A DNA stretch of 64,000 bases from Octopus sinensis (Eukaryota): assembly GCF_006345805.1 (NCBI RefSeq), contig NC_043022.1, positions 21,700,001-21,764,000 of the forward strand, read 5' to 3'. Position 1 is the stretch's first letter; the number at the start of each line of letters is the position of its first letter. Positions 50,531-62,858 of the stretch are shown here, piece by piece. The notes beneath the pieces are model-generated. The model was not told the DNA's origin and did not search any database. It was given only the letters and a program-made list of their open reading frames with translations. The translations under genes and the position numbers were made by a program.

Positions 50531-50765
50531 AGGCGGCGAGCTGGCAGATACGTTAGCACGCCGGGTGAAACGCGTAGCCGTGTTTCGTCTGCCGCTACGT
50601 TCTGAGTTCAAATTCTGCCGAGGTCAACTTTGCCTTTCATCCTTTCGGGGTCGATAAAATAAGTACCAGTTACGCACTGGGGTCGATCTAATCGACTTAA
50701 TCTGTTTGTCTGTCCTTGTTTGTGCCTCTCTATGTTTAGCCCCTTGTGGGCAGTAAAGAAATAAG
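50531..50765 (+). mobile_element. SINE family B
   Basis: Matches the family B consensus. Confidence 0.9.
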
Positions 50766-51142
50766 TAGCTTGCTTACCAACCACACGGTTCCGGGTTCAG
50801 TCCCACTGCGTGGCACCTTGGGCAAGTGTCTTCTACTATAGCCTCGGGCCGACCAAAGCCTTGTGAGTGGATTTGGTAGACGGAAACTGAAAGAAGCCCG
50901 TCATATATATATATCTATATATGTATATATATGCGTGTGTGTTTGTGTGTCTGTGTTTGTCTCCCCAACATCGCTTGACAACCGACGCTGGTGTGTTTAC
51001 ATCCCCGTTACTTAGCGGTTCGGCAAAAGAGACTGATAGGATAAGTACTAGGCTTACAAAGAATAAGTCCTGGGGTCGATTTGCTCAACTAAAAGGTGGT
51101 GCTCCAGCATGGCCGCAGTCAAATGACTGAAACAAGTAAAAG
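50761..51142 (+). mobile_element. SINE family A (its head may be stranded at 50343-50362)
   Basis: The body starts taagtagcttgcttaccaacc; a head-like gcaggagtggctgtatggtaa lies about 400 bp upstream. Confidence 0.85.
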
Positions 51143-51219
51143 AGAAAGAGAAAGAGATACAAAGAAAAAAGGACTGGCTGTAACAGATTTAATGCCCATA
51201 CCCTATACTGACAAATCCA

Positions 51220-51790
51220 TTTCAGAGTCTACCAGTTTCTTGTGTTTCAAATCTACAAAAAGACCAAAGGGATGTAAGAAATCAGCACCACTAATGAGAT
51301 ACAGAAGATTTGCAATCAGAAAAAATCCACTTGAACTGATGTCGCAAATTAAGGTCTACAGTCATAGATTTCTCACAGTAAGCAGGGAATAAGGAGTGTG
51401 GTTAACAGCTTGCAAGGCTATCATCGTCGGTTTTCACAGTCCGCATAAGAATTTTACTGGCCACACGCTACATGCTGCTCCTGTATTTACCAGGAGCCGA
51501 TATTTGGAAATCGTTCTGATTGAAGAACACCAAAATATATAGTCATGCTTAATCCCAGGTGTTACAGTTTCCTCACTTTTGAGTGGCTAATTTGAAAGAA
51601 CATGGTTGAGTACATCTGGGTGTGTTAGCACCACAACTGTTATGATATCAATAAAATGTTGTAGGTCTCCCACAAGGACTGAAGGAACGATTTCTTGAAG
51701 TCCTTCAGCAACGGGAATTTGGGTGCACAGAATATCGAGGTTGTAGCATGTCTGTACTAGCTTTGGTTTAAAACACACAGTTTTGCTCAA
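51220..51790 (-). pseudogene. Gypsy gag C-terminus and aspartic protease remnant
   Basis: YHNSCGANTPRCTQPCSF; KYRLLVNTGAACSVWP (DTG mutated to NTG); LNLRHQFKWIF..GADFLHPFGLFVDLKHKKLVDS. Confidence 0.85.
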
Positions 51791-51810
51791 AGGGTCGGCT
51801 CAGACAACAC

Positions 51811-52510
51811 TGTAAATTTACAGCTTTACTCATTCTGTGATTGGCTGAATGAACAAGCTTCCTCTAACAGGCGCTCTCTGCTACGTTCGATAGTCACTTA
51901 TAAAATGCGCCTGGCAGGCGGCGAGCTGGCAGAAACGTTAGCACACCAGGTGGAATGCATAGCTGTATTTCGTCTGTCGTTACATTCCAAGTTCAAATTC
52001 CGCTGAGGTCGACTTTGCCTTTCATTCTTTCGGGGTCAATAAATTAAGTGCCAGTTACGCACTGGGGTCGATGTAATCGACTTGATCCCTTTGTCTATCC
52101 TTGTTTGTCCCCTCTGTGTTTAGCCCCTTGTGGGCAACAGAGAAATATATATAATGTGCCTGCTGCCATGTTTAATTGAGTTCCTTGTCTCACTTCTCTA
52201 AAGGACTCCCGGCATACAGCTTTGCTCGATCGCGTTAACACTGGTCTCTCTCACATAAGAACATCTTTTTTCCACGTGCGCCGGCAGTATAGACCAAACT
52301 CAATGCCACTATCTTATGCTAACTAGAAACACTTCTATCAAGTCTCTTTCTATATACACAAAGCACAACAAATGTCTTCACACATTCATTCATTCACCGC
52401 TACCACACTACAGTCATCTCTAGAAAACATTAACATTGTACTTAACCCACACTGCTGTGAATAAAGCTTTACTACTGAACAAAGTTGAATTGTTATTGGA
52501 TATCACCACA
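51811..52510 (+). mobile_element. Possible solo LTR containing a SINE B at 51918-52146
   Basis: TG...CA termini, a TATA-like motif and AATAAA near the 3' end; no clean target duplication seen. Confidence 0.3.
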
Positions 52511-52574
52511 CAGCTATTGAACACACGAACATAGTTGGCAATGTTTGTCTGCCGCACACTGTTATCACCAAGTA

Positions 52575-52802
52575 CCTATTTCTTTATTACCCACAAGGGG
52601 CTAAACATAGAGGGGACAAACAAGGACAGACATAGGTATTAAGTCGATTACATTGACCCCAGTGGTACTTATTTAATCGACCCTGAAAGGATGAAAGGCA
52701 AAGTCAACCTCGGCGGAATTTGAACTTACAATGTACCGGCAGACGAAATACAGCTAAGCATTTCGTCCGGCATGCTAACATTTCTGCCAGCTCGCTGCCT
52801 TA
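52575..52802 (-). mobile_element. SINE family B with target duplication ttatcaccaaNtacc
   Basis: Direct repeats flank both ends. Confidence 0.9.
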
Positions 52803-53130
52803 ATTATCACCAATTACCATCGCCGGCACCGTCATCTTCAACAAACAGCCATGTAGTCAACCCGACATGAGAACAACTTTTCTTAAACTAATAACCAACA
52901 GTTTGATGGTATCACCAAACCGGCACCCTAGTGACCTCAGAACCTTATATTCATATACCAATTCTCCTTGCTAAAAGGTAATTACAATTGCACGAGTCTA
53001 TCTGTCAGAGCCTGAATTTTGTCTTCGGTCATCTCATGAAATGTCGCCAGTTCAGAGGAAATAGAAAAGACGAAGGTAGGAAAATGAGAATCTGCTTTAG
53101 AAGTATTGAAAGAGGAAATATCCATAATAC

Positions 53131-53798
53131 CTATTTCTTTACTACCCACAAGGGGCTAAACACAGAGAGGACAAACAAGGACAGACAAACGGATTAAGTT
53201 GATTATATCGACCCCAGTGCGTTACTGGTACTTATTTAATCGACCCCGAAAGGATGAAAGGCAAAGTCAACCTCGGCGGAATTTGAACTCAGAACATAGC
53301 AACAGATGAAATACTGCTGAGCATTTCGCCCTGCATGCTAACGATTCTGCCAGCTCGCCGCCTTGAAATATCCATAATACCTATTTCTTTATTACCTACA
53401 AGGGGCTAAACACAGAAGGGACAAACAAGGACAGACAAACGGATTAAGTTGATTATATCGACCCCAGTGCATAACTGGTACTTATTTAATCGACCCCGAA
53501 AGGATGAAAGGCAAAGTCGACCTCGGCGGAATCTGAACTCAGAACGTACCGGCGGACGAAATACCTATTTCTTTACTACCCACAAGGGGCTAAACACAGA
53601 AGGGACAAACAAGGACAGACAAACGGATTAAGTCGATTATATCGACCCCAGTGCGTAACTGGTACTTATTTAATCGACCCCGAAAGGATGAAAGGCAAAG
53701 TAGACCCGGGCAGAATTTGAACTCAGAACGTAGCGACAGACGAAATACTGCTGAGCATTTCGCCCAGCGTGCTAACGATTCGGCCAGCTCGCCACCTT
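53131..53798 (-). mobile_element. Tandem SINE family B array (three units, one truncated)
   Basis: gaaatatccataata occurs before, inside and after the array. Confidence 0.9.
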
Positions 53799-53799
53799 G

Positions 53800-54215
53800 A
53801 AATATCCATAATAGCATCTACCAATTCGGTCGACTGAGTAGTAGAGCCCTGCTTTCTTATAGGCATTAAAATGGCTTGCACGTTTGACGACAGGCGAGAG
53901 AGCAATAAGAGTTGTCTCAACATCGACACTTCGAGCCGGTTATCTTCTAATTTTTTCATTCTTATCTCTTAAGACTCCCTAATGAAGGAATTAGCGAAGA
54001 CGTTTTTGTTTGAACATAGAAATACATTGCAAAATACCCGCTTTCATATCTAATAAGATGTGGAGTCAAAAGAGTTTGTAACCAAATCTTTGACTTCACT
54101 ACTTAAAGTAGGTGGCAGAACATTGATTAAAAGGTGAAATTGGCGCATAACCGAAGAAATTTTATTTGATGCAAAATTTGCTTTCAACTTTGAAAACCAA
54201 TACAATGCAAGAGTT
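53800..54215 (-). pseudogene. Gypsy gag N-terminal remnant
   Basis: WFSKLKANF..QFHLLINVLPPTLSSEVKDLV..LLLSRLSSNVQAIL..ELVDAIMD. Confidence 0.75.
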
Positions 54216-54324
54216 AGAGATTAATACAAAATAGCTTCTAATCTAGTGGTTCTCAACAATTTTTTACCTACAGACCCCTTTAATTTTTATTTTACTTCAC
54301 TAGACCTCCGTAGCCATTCAGCGT

Positions 54325-55177
54325 ATCATCATCATTTAACAACCATTTTCCATGCTGGCATGGGTTGGATGATTTAACATGAGCAGGTCAACTGAGGAGC
54401 TGCAGGAGTTCCATTTCTGTTTTGACATGGTTTTTACACCTGGATGCCCTTCCTAATGTCAACTGCTTTACACAGGGTACTGAGTGCTTTTATACAGCAC
54501 TGGCACTGGTGCTTTTGTGTGGCATCAGTACAGATGGTTTTTATGTGGCACCAGCACCCACAAGCCTACAAGATCACGTACACTCCGCTGAAGAGGGATG
54601 CAGGGAATGTGCTTGTATGCAAGGGCAGCCACAATTTTACTTGGCTTGATGTGACTTCTCAAGCCCAGCAAACTACCAGGAGTCTCAGACCCCTGTCATC
54701 TCTATGAGGTCCAATGTCTGGAGGGCCATTTTCACCATTTTGTCCCATGTCTTCCTAGGTTTATCCTTTCTACATGTTCCTTTGACAATTAGAGATCGGC
54801 ACTCTTACTAAGCTTGACGTATCTTCTCAAGCACAGCAAACTGTCAGGAGTCTTGGTTTCCTGTCATCCTCTTTGTGAGGCCCAACATCTGAAGATCTTT
54901 TCACACTACCTTGTCCCACATGTTCCATCTACAATTAGAGATTGACACCTCTTGATGCAACTGTCTTCATTCATATGCATTTCATGATTGTGTCAGCTCA
55001 GTCTTCTCTCTTGCATACTACATCAGATGCCTCGTTTACCCTGTTTTTCTCTCAAATCACTTACACTCTGCTGTATATGTACACCAACATTACCCATCCA
55101 GTGGAGCATACTGACTTCATTTCTTTCATATCTTCACATATCCTCAGTAGTCACAGCCCATGTCTCAATGCCATGTA
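54325..55177 (-). mobile_element. RTE-clade LINE 3' end (ORF C-terminus plus 3' UTR)
   Basis: HGIETWAVTTED..ERNEVSMLHWMGNV..QERRL and RSLIVKGTCRKDKPRKTWD, followed by the family D tail. Confidence 0.85.
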
Positions 55178-55178
55178 G

Positions 55179-55480
55179 TGGAGGCACATGGCCTAGTGGT
55201 TAGAGCAGCGGACTCGCGGCCGAGGGATCATGGGTTCGAATCTCAGATCGGGCGATGTGTGTGTTAATGAGCGAAAGACCTAAGCTCCACGCAGCTCCGG
55301 CAGAAGGTAATGGCGAACTTCTGCTGACACTTTCGCCACAACTTTCTCTCACTCTTTCCTCCTGCATCTTGCAGTTCACCTGCGATGGACCGGCGTCCCG
55401 TCCAGGTGGAGAACTTATACGCCAAGGAAACCGGCCCTTATGAGCCAGGTATGCCTCGAGAAGGAACAAACAAACAAAAC
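55179..55480 (+). mobile_element. SINE family C
   Basis: Full-length copy. Confidence 0.9.
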
Positions 55481-55734
55481 TGCCATGTAGCATAGCTGTT
55501 TGTATATTAAAACAAATTCTACTGTACTTTTATAATTAAATATCTTTGGGAATTATATAAAATAAAAAATTTTAATATTTTGTGTATTGTAGAAATATAA
55601 CCAGATTATTACACACAAATTTTAACAGCAAAATCTTATATGAACCCCCATGTGTGTACTCAATTGTAAGGGTAGTAACAACATGAGATTAAATGAAGAA
55701 CAAATATTCTGAGTTTACAACTGTTCCGTGTGGA

Positions 55735-55970
55735 ACAAGGACTCTGATTAAACAGGGGCTTGGAAGAGAAATACTCATCTTGCCAGCAAAAATTTATCTT
55801 GTGTACATATCCCAGGAGCAAAAGAATAACAGAAATAGTAGCCCATCCTGAGCTTGTATTGAGTACATCCTATCTCACCTAAAAGGCTATGCCTTTGCTA
55901 TCCAAGAACAGGTGATAGCTACAAAATACTTGATCAACAAAAGAGCTAAGGATGCCTCATGCTGTGAAAC
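55735..55970 (+). mobile_element. R4/Dong-like non-LTR retrotransposon fragment
   Basis: YILSHLKGYAFAIQEQVIATKYLINKR, resembling the pre-zinc-knuckle motif of REL-type LINEs. Confidence 0.55.
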
Positions 55971-56009
55971 AATTTTTCTTTAAGCTATTTACATTATGAA
56001 AGCTGTTGT

Positions 56010-56365
56010 TTTCATTTTTACCTTTTACTTGTTATGGTCATTAGACTGTGGCCATGCTGGGGCACTACCCTGAAGAAATTTTAGTCAAATGTATCGACCT
56101 TATGACAATTTTAAAAACTTGATACTTATTCTATCGGTTCTTTTGCTGAACCGCTAAGTTACAGGGATATAAACACACCACCAGTTGTCAAGTGGTGATG
56201 GGGGACAAACAAAGACACACAGTTTCCATCTACCATCTACCAAATCCATTCACAAGGCTTTAGTTGGATGAGGCTATAGTAGAAGACACTTGCCCAAGGT
56301 GTCATGCAGTGGAACTGAATCCCAAACCATATGGTTGAGAAGCAAACTTCTTACCACACAGCCAT
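56010..56365 (-). mobile_element. SINE family A (diverged)
   Basis: Reverse-complement copy. Confidence 0.8.
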
Positions 56366-56589
56366 ATAAAAACAATGTAAACCCCTTACAGCTAAATGAA
56401 ATTCAAATTTTGAACACAAATCATGGAGACAGACAAATATTACCTCATGCTTTGCAAAAATTCCATTATTATATTAAAATATTCATGAGCCAGCTTCACA
56501 GTAACTGTTTTGGAACTTCATCAAGTATCAAATTCATATTTCACAACTATTATCATAGCATCTTTTAGCTTTTACTAATGAAAAGTTAA

Positions 56590-56920
56590 TCATCATCATC
56601 ATCATCGTTTAATGCCCGCTTTCCATGCTAGCATGGGTTGGACGGTTCGACTGGGGTCTGGGAAGCCTGGAGGCTGCACCAGGCTCCAGTCTAATCTGGC
56701 AAAGTTTCTACAGCTGGATGCCCTTCCTAACGCCAACCACTCCGTGAGTATAGTGGGTGCTTTTTATGAGCCACCGGCACAGTGCCAGGCAAGGCTGGCA
56801 ATGGCCACGATTGGTTGGTGCTTTTTACATGCCACCGGCACGGAGGCCAGTTGGGGTGGCGCTGGCAACAGCCACGTTCAGATGGTTCTTTTATGTGCCA
56901 CTGGCACTGGTATCACAACT
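56590..56920 (-). mobile_element. RTE-LINE 3' end (family D)
   Basis: (CAT)n tail and internal repeats. Confidence 0.8.
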
Positions 56921-56949
56921 ACAATTTTCATTGATTTTTGAGCGATTTC

Positions 56950-57900
56950 GATTTCAGCGACTAAATTGCATTGGAAAAGCATCAATACATCATGGTTAGC
57001 ATCATGCAACCTAAGCTGCCGCATTTCTGTGTCATTAAGATTGACAGTCTCTTCTAATGGCATTTCACCGTATTACAAGTTGTTCCAAAATTACTTCCAT
57101 GTTTTCCGCATTCTTTCATCTTAATTGAACAAATCTAACAAAAGATTACTTTATAAAAATTGTTTTCTCCTCAAAATCAATACTGATATAACAAATTGAT
57201 TCTGCCATTTGCTCTAGATGTGCTTGATGTGGAGTAGAGCCAGACATGAACTCAAAATATTTGGCCTTGTGAATGCCATGTAGCAATTTCTGGAGAATAA
57301 CAGAATTCATCAGCTAATCATATTCATTTGCAAATTGTAATAACCCTCCGAAAATTTCCCAAATTGGTTTTCTCTTACCCTCTGGAATTCCTTGCAATCA
57401 TAAAATGCAAAAGTTTCAATTGCTAAAATTTATTATGCAATGGAATTCTACAGAGAACATCTCCCTTTTTTGTCTTCTTTTTTTCTAAGCAATTTGAGCT
57501 TGAAGTTCTATGTCAATAATTATATTTTCTTAAATATTTCTTTCCGTTTCCTTCTCTTAAGTAAGGTAGATTCAATGACTTCTGTCACCTTTTCATGGAA
57601 TGCTAAACCTCTTGGTGCGTTCCAGTGATCGAATCCATTTTCTTGTCTCATTGAAGACTGATTGATATTTTGTAAAAACAGCAAACAACAAAAGTAAAAG
57701 AAACACTTTCCACTTTCCTCTCTGGAGAATGAACAAACTATGATCACTAAAATTCTTCCCAACATTCTGTTAAACCAGGTTTCAATCATTGAGGAAATTG
57801 GGGAAAGGAACAAGTAGCCTCTTACTATTTTGAAAATTACTTGAACTTTTAGCAACCATTTCTGTTTGCAGAGCATCTGATAAAATTATATCTTTTAATA
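56950..57900 (-). mobile_element. hAT transposase fossil (TTF-type zinc finger, ZMYM1-like)
   Basis: FSREESGKCFFYFCCLLF..NGFDHWNAPRGLAFHE and KAKYFEFMSGSTPHQAHLEQM (cf. EAKYFSIxLDxTPDxSHxEQM). Confidence 0.65.
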
Positions 57901-57944
57901 TTTTGTCGAACTCCAAGAAATGTGCATGGGGGTGCTAAATTGTA

Positions 57945-58247
57945 TTGGGTTGTCTGGAAAGTTTGTGCTGATTTATACTAGCATACCTTTCCACTTATTT
58001 TAGAACATGGTTGAGTCCATAAAATAGGATTTGACTACACCTCCATTTAGAGCACAGTTTAAGCTATCTTTTCATGGAAGAAGGTTTATGTTCCTATAAC
58101 CTGTGTTAATTCTGTAACCATTTAAAATGGAAGATAAGAAAGTTCATTTTCGGCACTTGATGCTTTGGGAATCAGACAGAAATTGCTGTAGCTCAGCTGG
58201 GATGTGTTACCCCACCCTCCATATTCACCAGATATTGCTCCTTCAGA
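57945..58247 (+). mobile_element. Second, 3'-truncated copy of the deleted mariner
   Basis: Same ITR and the same internal deletion junction as 31203-31768. Confidence 0.85.
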
Positions 58248-58777
58248 ATAGCTAAGCTAGAATTCAAAACCAAATCCACATTTTCATACATTGTCACACA
58301 AATCCAAGGTCAATTGTTTTGATTGGCCTTTTTGCTCAGAGAGATTAATGGGAATGCACTGACCTCTTGATCTTTCTTTGGGAATTCTTTGGTCAATTCT
58401 AATTAAGGATGAAGAACCCTATTGTTCTAGCTGATTTAATTCAGTTAACAGCAAGTTATAAAAACACAAGCAAATAGCTACCTGCCTCTCTTTGGCCAAT
58501 CATCTCTGGACAAATAGCAACCCTGTCAGTATGCTAATCAATGCTCACAAAGGTAGACCTCTTAATGTATCATTCTGTCTTGATTGTTTGACTCTGTCTC
58601 TTTAGCAAGCACAGTGAAGCTAGCTCCCACACACAATGACCATGGAACCAGAGACAAATATTTTACTGCATCAACAAATAACAATGTATGTGCACACAAA
58701 CAAACAATTCAACACAGTTGTATGTTTTATATATTGTAACAGCTTTCATTATAATCATCTTCAACATTACAACAACA

Positions 58778-59143
58778 CTAGCACTATGACCCGACAACGC
58801 CAGGTCATAGTGCTAGTGCATGCATATACAGCTGCGTGCGTGCGCACTTACACATGAGTACTGTCCAAATCTCCAACCAATCACATACAGCTAGCAAGCT
58901 TCCAATTGGCGTATCAAGTTTTGGGCATTTTGATTGGGTTTTGGATAGAAAATTCACAAAAATGTCACTTCTATTGATTTTTTAATGGCTTTGCGGAGTG
59001 ACTGGGGAAATGTAAAGATGTGCACAACCACCCTTGGACGGTTTTGAATGACCATAGAAAGTGTGAGCCCTCTAACTGAAAAATTGTGGATTTGTATAAA
59101 GGACACACACATACAGACATTTTGCAGTTTATATATACAGAGA
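58778..59143 (-). mobile_element. Non-autonomous Helitron-like element
   Basis: The minus strand starts TC...tatatataaactgc and ends in CTAG; 16-bp inverted repeat at 58776-58791 / 58803-58818. Confidence 0.7.
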
Positions 59144-59314
59144 TAATAATTGACATCTAATAAATGGCCATTTTATTATTTAACCAAATATTGCTTTTCA
59201 TTCATTTACACAAAACATCTTTGTCTATAGAACTGCAAAATTTATGTTGTTATAATTATTATACATGTAATTCATATTTTTTGAGGGAAAAAAAGATAAA
59301 TCCATGTCTTTTAA

Positions 59315-59535
59315 CCCTTTTGTTACTGTATTTATTTTGAGATGCTCTGTGTTTCTTCCAATTATTTTAAATATAACGAAGAATTTAGTAAAATAACTTA
59401 GTTATCATTAAGCTAGTGTTAGGAACATAAATTGTGACTAAGATATGGTGGAAGATTTTAATTCAAAACTTATGAAAACAAGGCATTTATACTAAAGAGC
59501 CAGAGCCGGTTTCAGCCGGGTTGGTAACAAAAGGG
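59315..59535. mobile_element. piggyBac-like MITE, family 2
   Basis: Reverse-complement homologue of 22422-22640; TTAA on the left and TTGA on the right. Confidence 0.8.
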
Positions 59536-59644
59536 TTGATCCCACATTCCACCCCAAAAAAGAATCAGTCTTTGTCTCTAGCTGAAAGGGATGAAGCCGA
59601 TACTCATCCTTAGTTAGGAAAACATTCAAGCAAACCAGCTGGAT

Positions 59645-60650
59645 CTGCCTCAAACAATGTCAGATTTTCCTGTGATGTGATCAGCCTGGTGCATGTTTTG
59701 ATCAGGTGTCAAAAGACATGGCACCCACTGAGCAGAAACCTTTGTCATGTCAAGTTCATTATGCAGAATATTCTCAACTCTCTCACAGAATATGCTAATA
59801 GCATTGGTTATTTGATTTTTCGTCAGTTGCCAGTCACCTGTCACCGCATAGTGAACACGATCAATATTTTCCTCGGTGATGGCAGTTGCAGAATGCTCAG
59901 ACCTTGGGTCATCTTCAAGACTCTCCATTCCACTCCAAAACTCAGCTGCCCATTTTTGCACTTTTTTTTCTTTTACTTGTTTCAGTCATTTGTTTGACTG
60001 TGGCCATGCTGAAGCACCGCCTTTAGTCGATCAACCAAATCGACCCCAGGACTTATTCTTTGTAAGCCTAGTACTTATTCTATCAGTTTCTTTTGCTGAA
60101 CCGCTAAGTTACGGGGACGTAAACACACCAGCATCGGTTGTTAAGCATTGTTAGGGGACAAACATATACACACACATACATATATATATATACACATATA
60201 TATGACAGGCTTCTTTCAGTTTCCATCTACCAAATCCACTCACAAGGCTTTCGTCAGCCTGAGGCTATAGTAGAAGACACTTGCCCAAGGTGCCATGCAG
60301 TGAGACTGAACCCAGAACCATGTGGTTCATAAGCAAGCTACTTACCACACAGCCACTCCTGCGCCTGTTGATAAAGCTGGAGCATTGTCTTCTAATGTAG
60401 CAAGCATGTCAGCATGAATGTCCTTGGGGACTAGACCCTTTTTCTACAGGTTCTTGATAACACCAAAGGATATCAATTTTCAAAAGAAGTCACTACTAGT
60501 TACTTTTGAAGTCTGAGCAGTCAAATGTCAGTTTACCTGGAAAGGAACAATGCATTTATTAATAAGAAGGGTTGAAATTATTGCATGCAAGATTTCTCAG
60601 CTCTAGCATCTCTCCTTAATAGTCAGCCTATGAGTATTTCTGCTCATCCT
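59645..60650 (-). mobile_element. Mariner 5' fragment interrupted by SINE A (59965-60365)
   Basis: QKWAAEFWSGMESLEDDPRS..ILHNELDMTKVSAQWVPCLLTPDQ (WVPxxL motif). Confidence 0.88.
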
Positions 60651-60668
60651 TATTTAATAAAATAAATC

Positions 60669-61090
60669 GGATCTTTTCGATTTGAACAGCAGTTTTTAAA
60701 ATAATTTCCAGGTAACTAAAAAATTTTAAACTTCGTATACTGGTAGAATGTGTTTATAAAACATCTTTTTCTCTTGGCTTTATTGAGAAAATTCTATAGT
60801 TTGTAAGATATTTGTTGTTTTTTTTCCTTCAATTTCTGCAATTTCAACCAATCAATGACGTCTATTGAGGTAAAAAAAAAACATTCTGTGCCGTATGAAT
60901 ATGTCCCTCGTTTAAGAAACAGATTGGGTTTATTTACATTTGTGAAGAAAAAAAGATACCCTTCCCCCCACCCCTAACCCTAACCCTAAAACAGATTGAA
61001 ATGCAATAGATCGATACTAGGGTCATAATTATGGGTGACAATTTCACATGACACCGCTAGAAAAAATTGCCATTCAAACCGTAAAGATCC
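60669..61090. mobile_element. MITE with GG-starting TIRs and an 8-bp target duplication (Merlin-like)
   Basis: AATAAATC at 60661-60668 and 61091-61098; imperfect ~29-bp TIR GGATCTTT.CG.TTTGAA. Confidence 0.75.
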
Positions 61091-61299
61091 AATAAATCTC
61101 TTGATTTCTCCTCTGTCTCTCATAACAACAGTTTGTCACAGCAGTACCTTGTCCTTGGGAGACGAAAAAAGTTAGTCTGCAAAATTAAATTTCATAAATG
61201 AGATGTTAATAGTTTTGTTTTTCTCTTAATTTTAATTTGTTGTAAAGAAAAAAAACTTTTTACAGTATGCCAAATGAACAAAAGGAAAATAACACAGGA

Positions 61300-61712
61300 A
61301 ATTCAACTGGTGACTGTTGGTGCTGTTGCTGTTGCTGTTGTTGTTGAGCGAACGGTCTTCGTCCCAGAGCTCGCAAGATGGGAGAAGTCCGAAACGTGGT
61401 CCTTTGCTATTCGTAAGACCCGCAGAAGAGAAAGCAGGTCAACCACCGACACCGAGAGCATCGAAGGATGGATGAATGCGCAACCAGGCTCAGCGGTTGC
61501 GTAGGAAGTCGGGGACAAGAAACAGGAAGAAAAAGTGAGAGAAAGTTGGGGCGAAAGAGTACAACAGGGGTCGCCACCACCTCCTGCCGGAGCCTCGTGG
61601 AGCTTTAGGTGTTTTCGCTCAATAAACACACACAACGCCCAGTCTGGGAATCGAAACCGTGATCCTCCAACCGCGAGTTCGCTGCCCTAACCATTGGGAC
61701 ATTGCGCCTCCA
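61300..61712 (-). mobile_element. tRNA-derived SINE related to family C, with a longer 3' part and (CAA/CAG)n tail
   Basis: The reverse complement starts ggaggcgcaatgtcccaatggttagggcagc..ggtttcgattccc and shares the family C body. Confidence 0.85.
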
Positions 61713-62619
61713 AGACTGTTGGTGCTGCCACCTACAGTTGCTTTCAGAGCAGGAGAGGGAGGGAGAGAGAGAGAGTTTACTAATAAATAAGAGAGGGTAA
61801 TGTTTCTCTTTAGGGGAGAGAACTGCTTCAGGATTTGTAATTTTTTAAACAAAAACAAAAAGGTATGATGGTGGTGGAGATTAGAACTTTTTTGATTTAA
61901 ATGTGAATACCAAATGTTTCAGAATGTGGAATATGGTAAAATGACTAAAACAACAACAAAAAAAAGGCATTTTGGTGGTGATTGCTGTTTTTCTTTTATG
62001 GAGGGGGTGGGGTGACATGTAAAATACATTGATTTAATTTTTCTTCCTCTAAAAATTTGAATTACATGTCTTAGAATATAGAGTATAATAGTATGAGAAG
62101 GAAAAAAAAATTTGATAGTGATGGCTGTTGTAAAGATATGGGGATAGGGAAAAGGTGGTGTGCTGTTTAAAAAAATTATAGATTAGATTCCATTTTTTAT
62201 AAAAGGCTTTCCCACTATGATTTTGAAGTACATGGTGCAAAAATAAATTGAAAAATCTTGGTGAAAACGGAGAAAATCCATATTATGTGGGTGAGCTATT
62301 TTGAAATTCTACCAAAAAATATGTGGTAAGAAGTGGGCTTCCCAACCACAGAGTTCCAGGTTCAGTCCCACTGTATGGTACCTTGGTCAAATGTCTTCTA
62401 CTATAGCCTCGGATAACATTTTCACAAGCTTTTTTGTCTTTCCATACCAAAATGAGTAAACCACTTGTGGTGGAATGAAAGTCAATCTTTTACTGGGTCA
62501 ATCCAGATCTTTGGGCATATCCTTCCAATTGAGATGAACTGTTTTGACTGTTGATGGAGAGAAGGAAAAAGCTGAGGGCTGCTGAAACAGTTGTCCATGT
62601 GATCATGGACAACTAAGTT

Positions 62620-62858
62620 GTGAACTGCTAAGTTACAGGGATGTAAACACACCAGCATCGGTTGTCAAACACAGACACACAAACATATACACACACATGC
62701 ATATATATGACGGGCTTCTTTCTGTTTCCGCCTACCAAATCCACTCACATGGCTTTGGTTGGCCCGAGGCTATAGTAGAAGATACTTGCCCAAGGTGCCA
62801 CACAGTGGGACTGAACCCGGAACCATGTGGTTCGTAAGCAACCTACTTACCACACTCC
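62620..62858 (-). mobile_element. SINE family A, partial
   Basis: Reverse-complement copy. Confidence 0.85.

Noticed and set aside
61370-61410. GGA/TCC stem followed by GAAACG
   Set aside because: There is no CUGANGA-compatible core, and the motif is antisense to a SINE.
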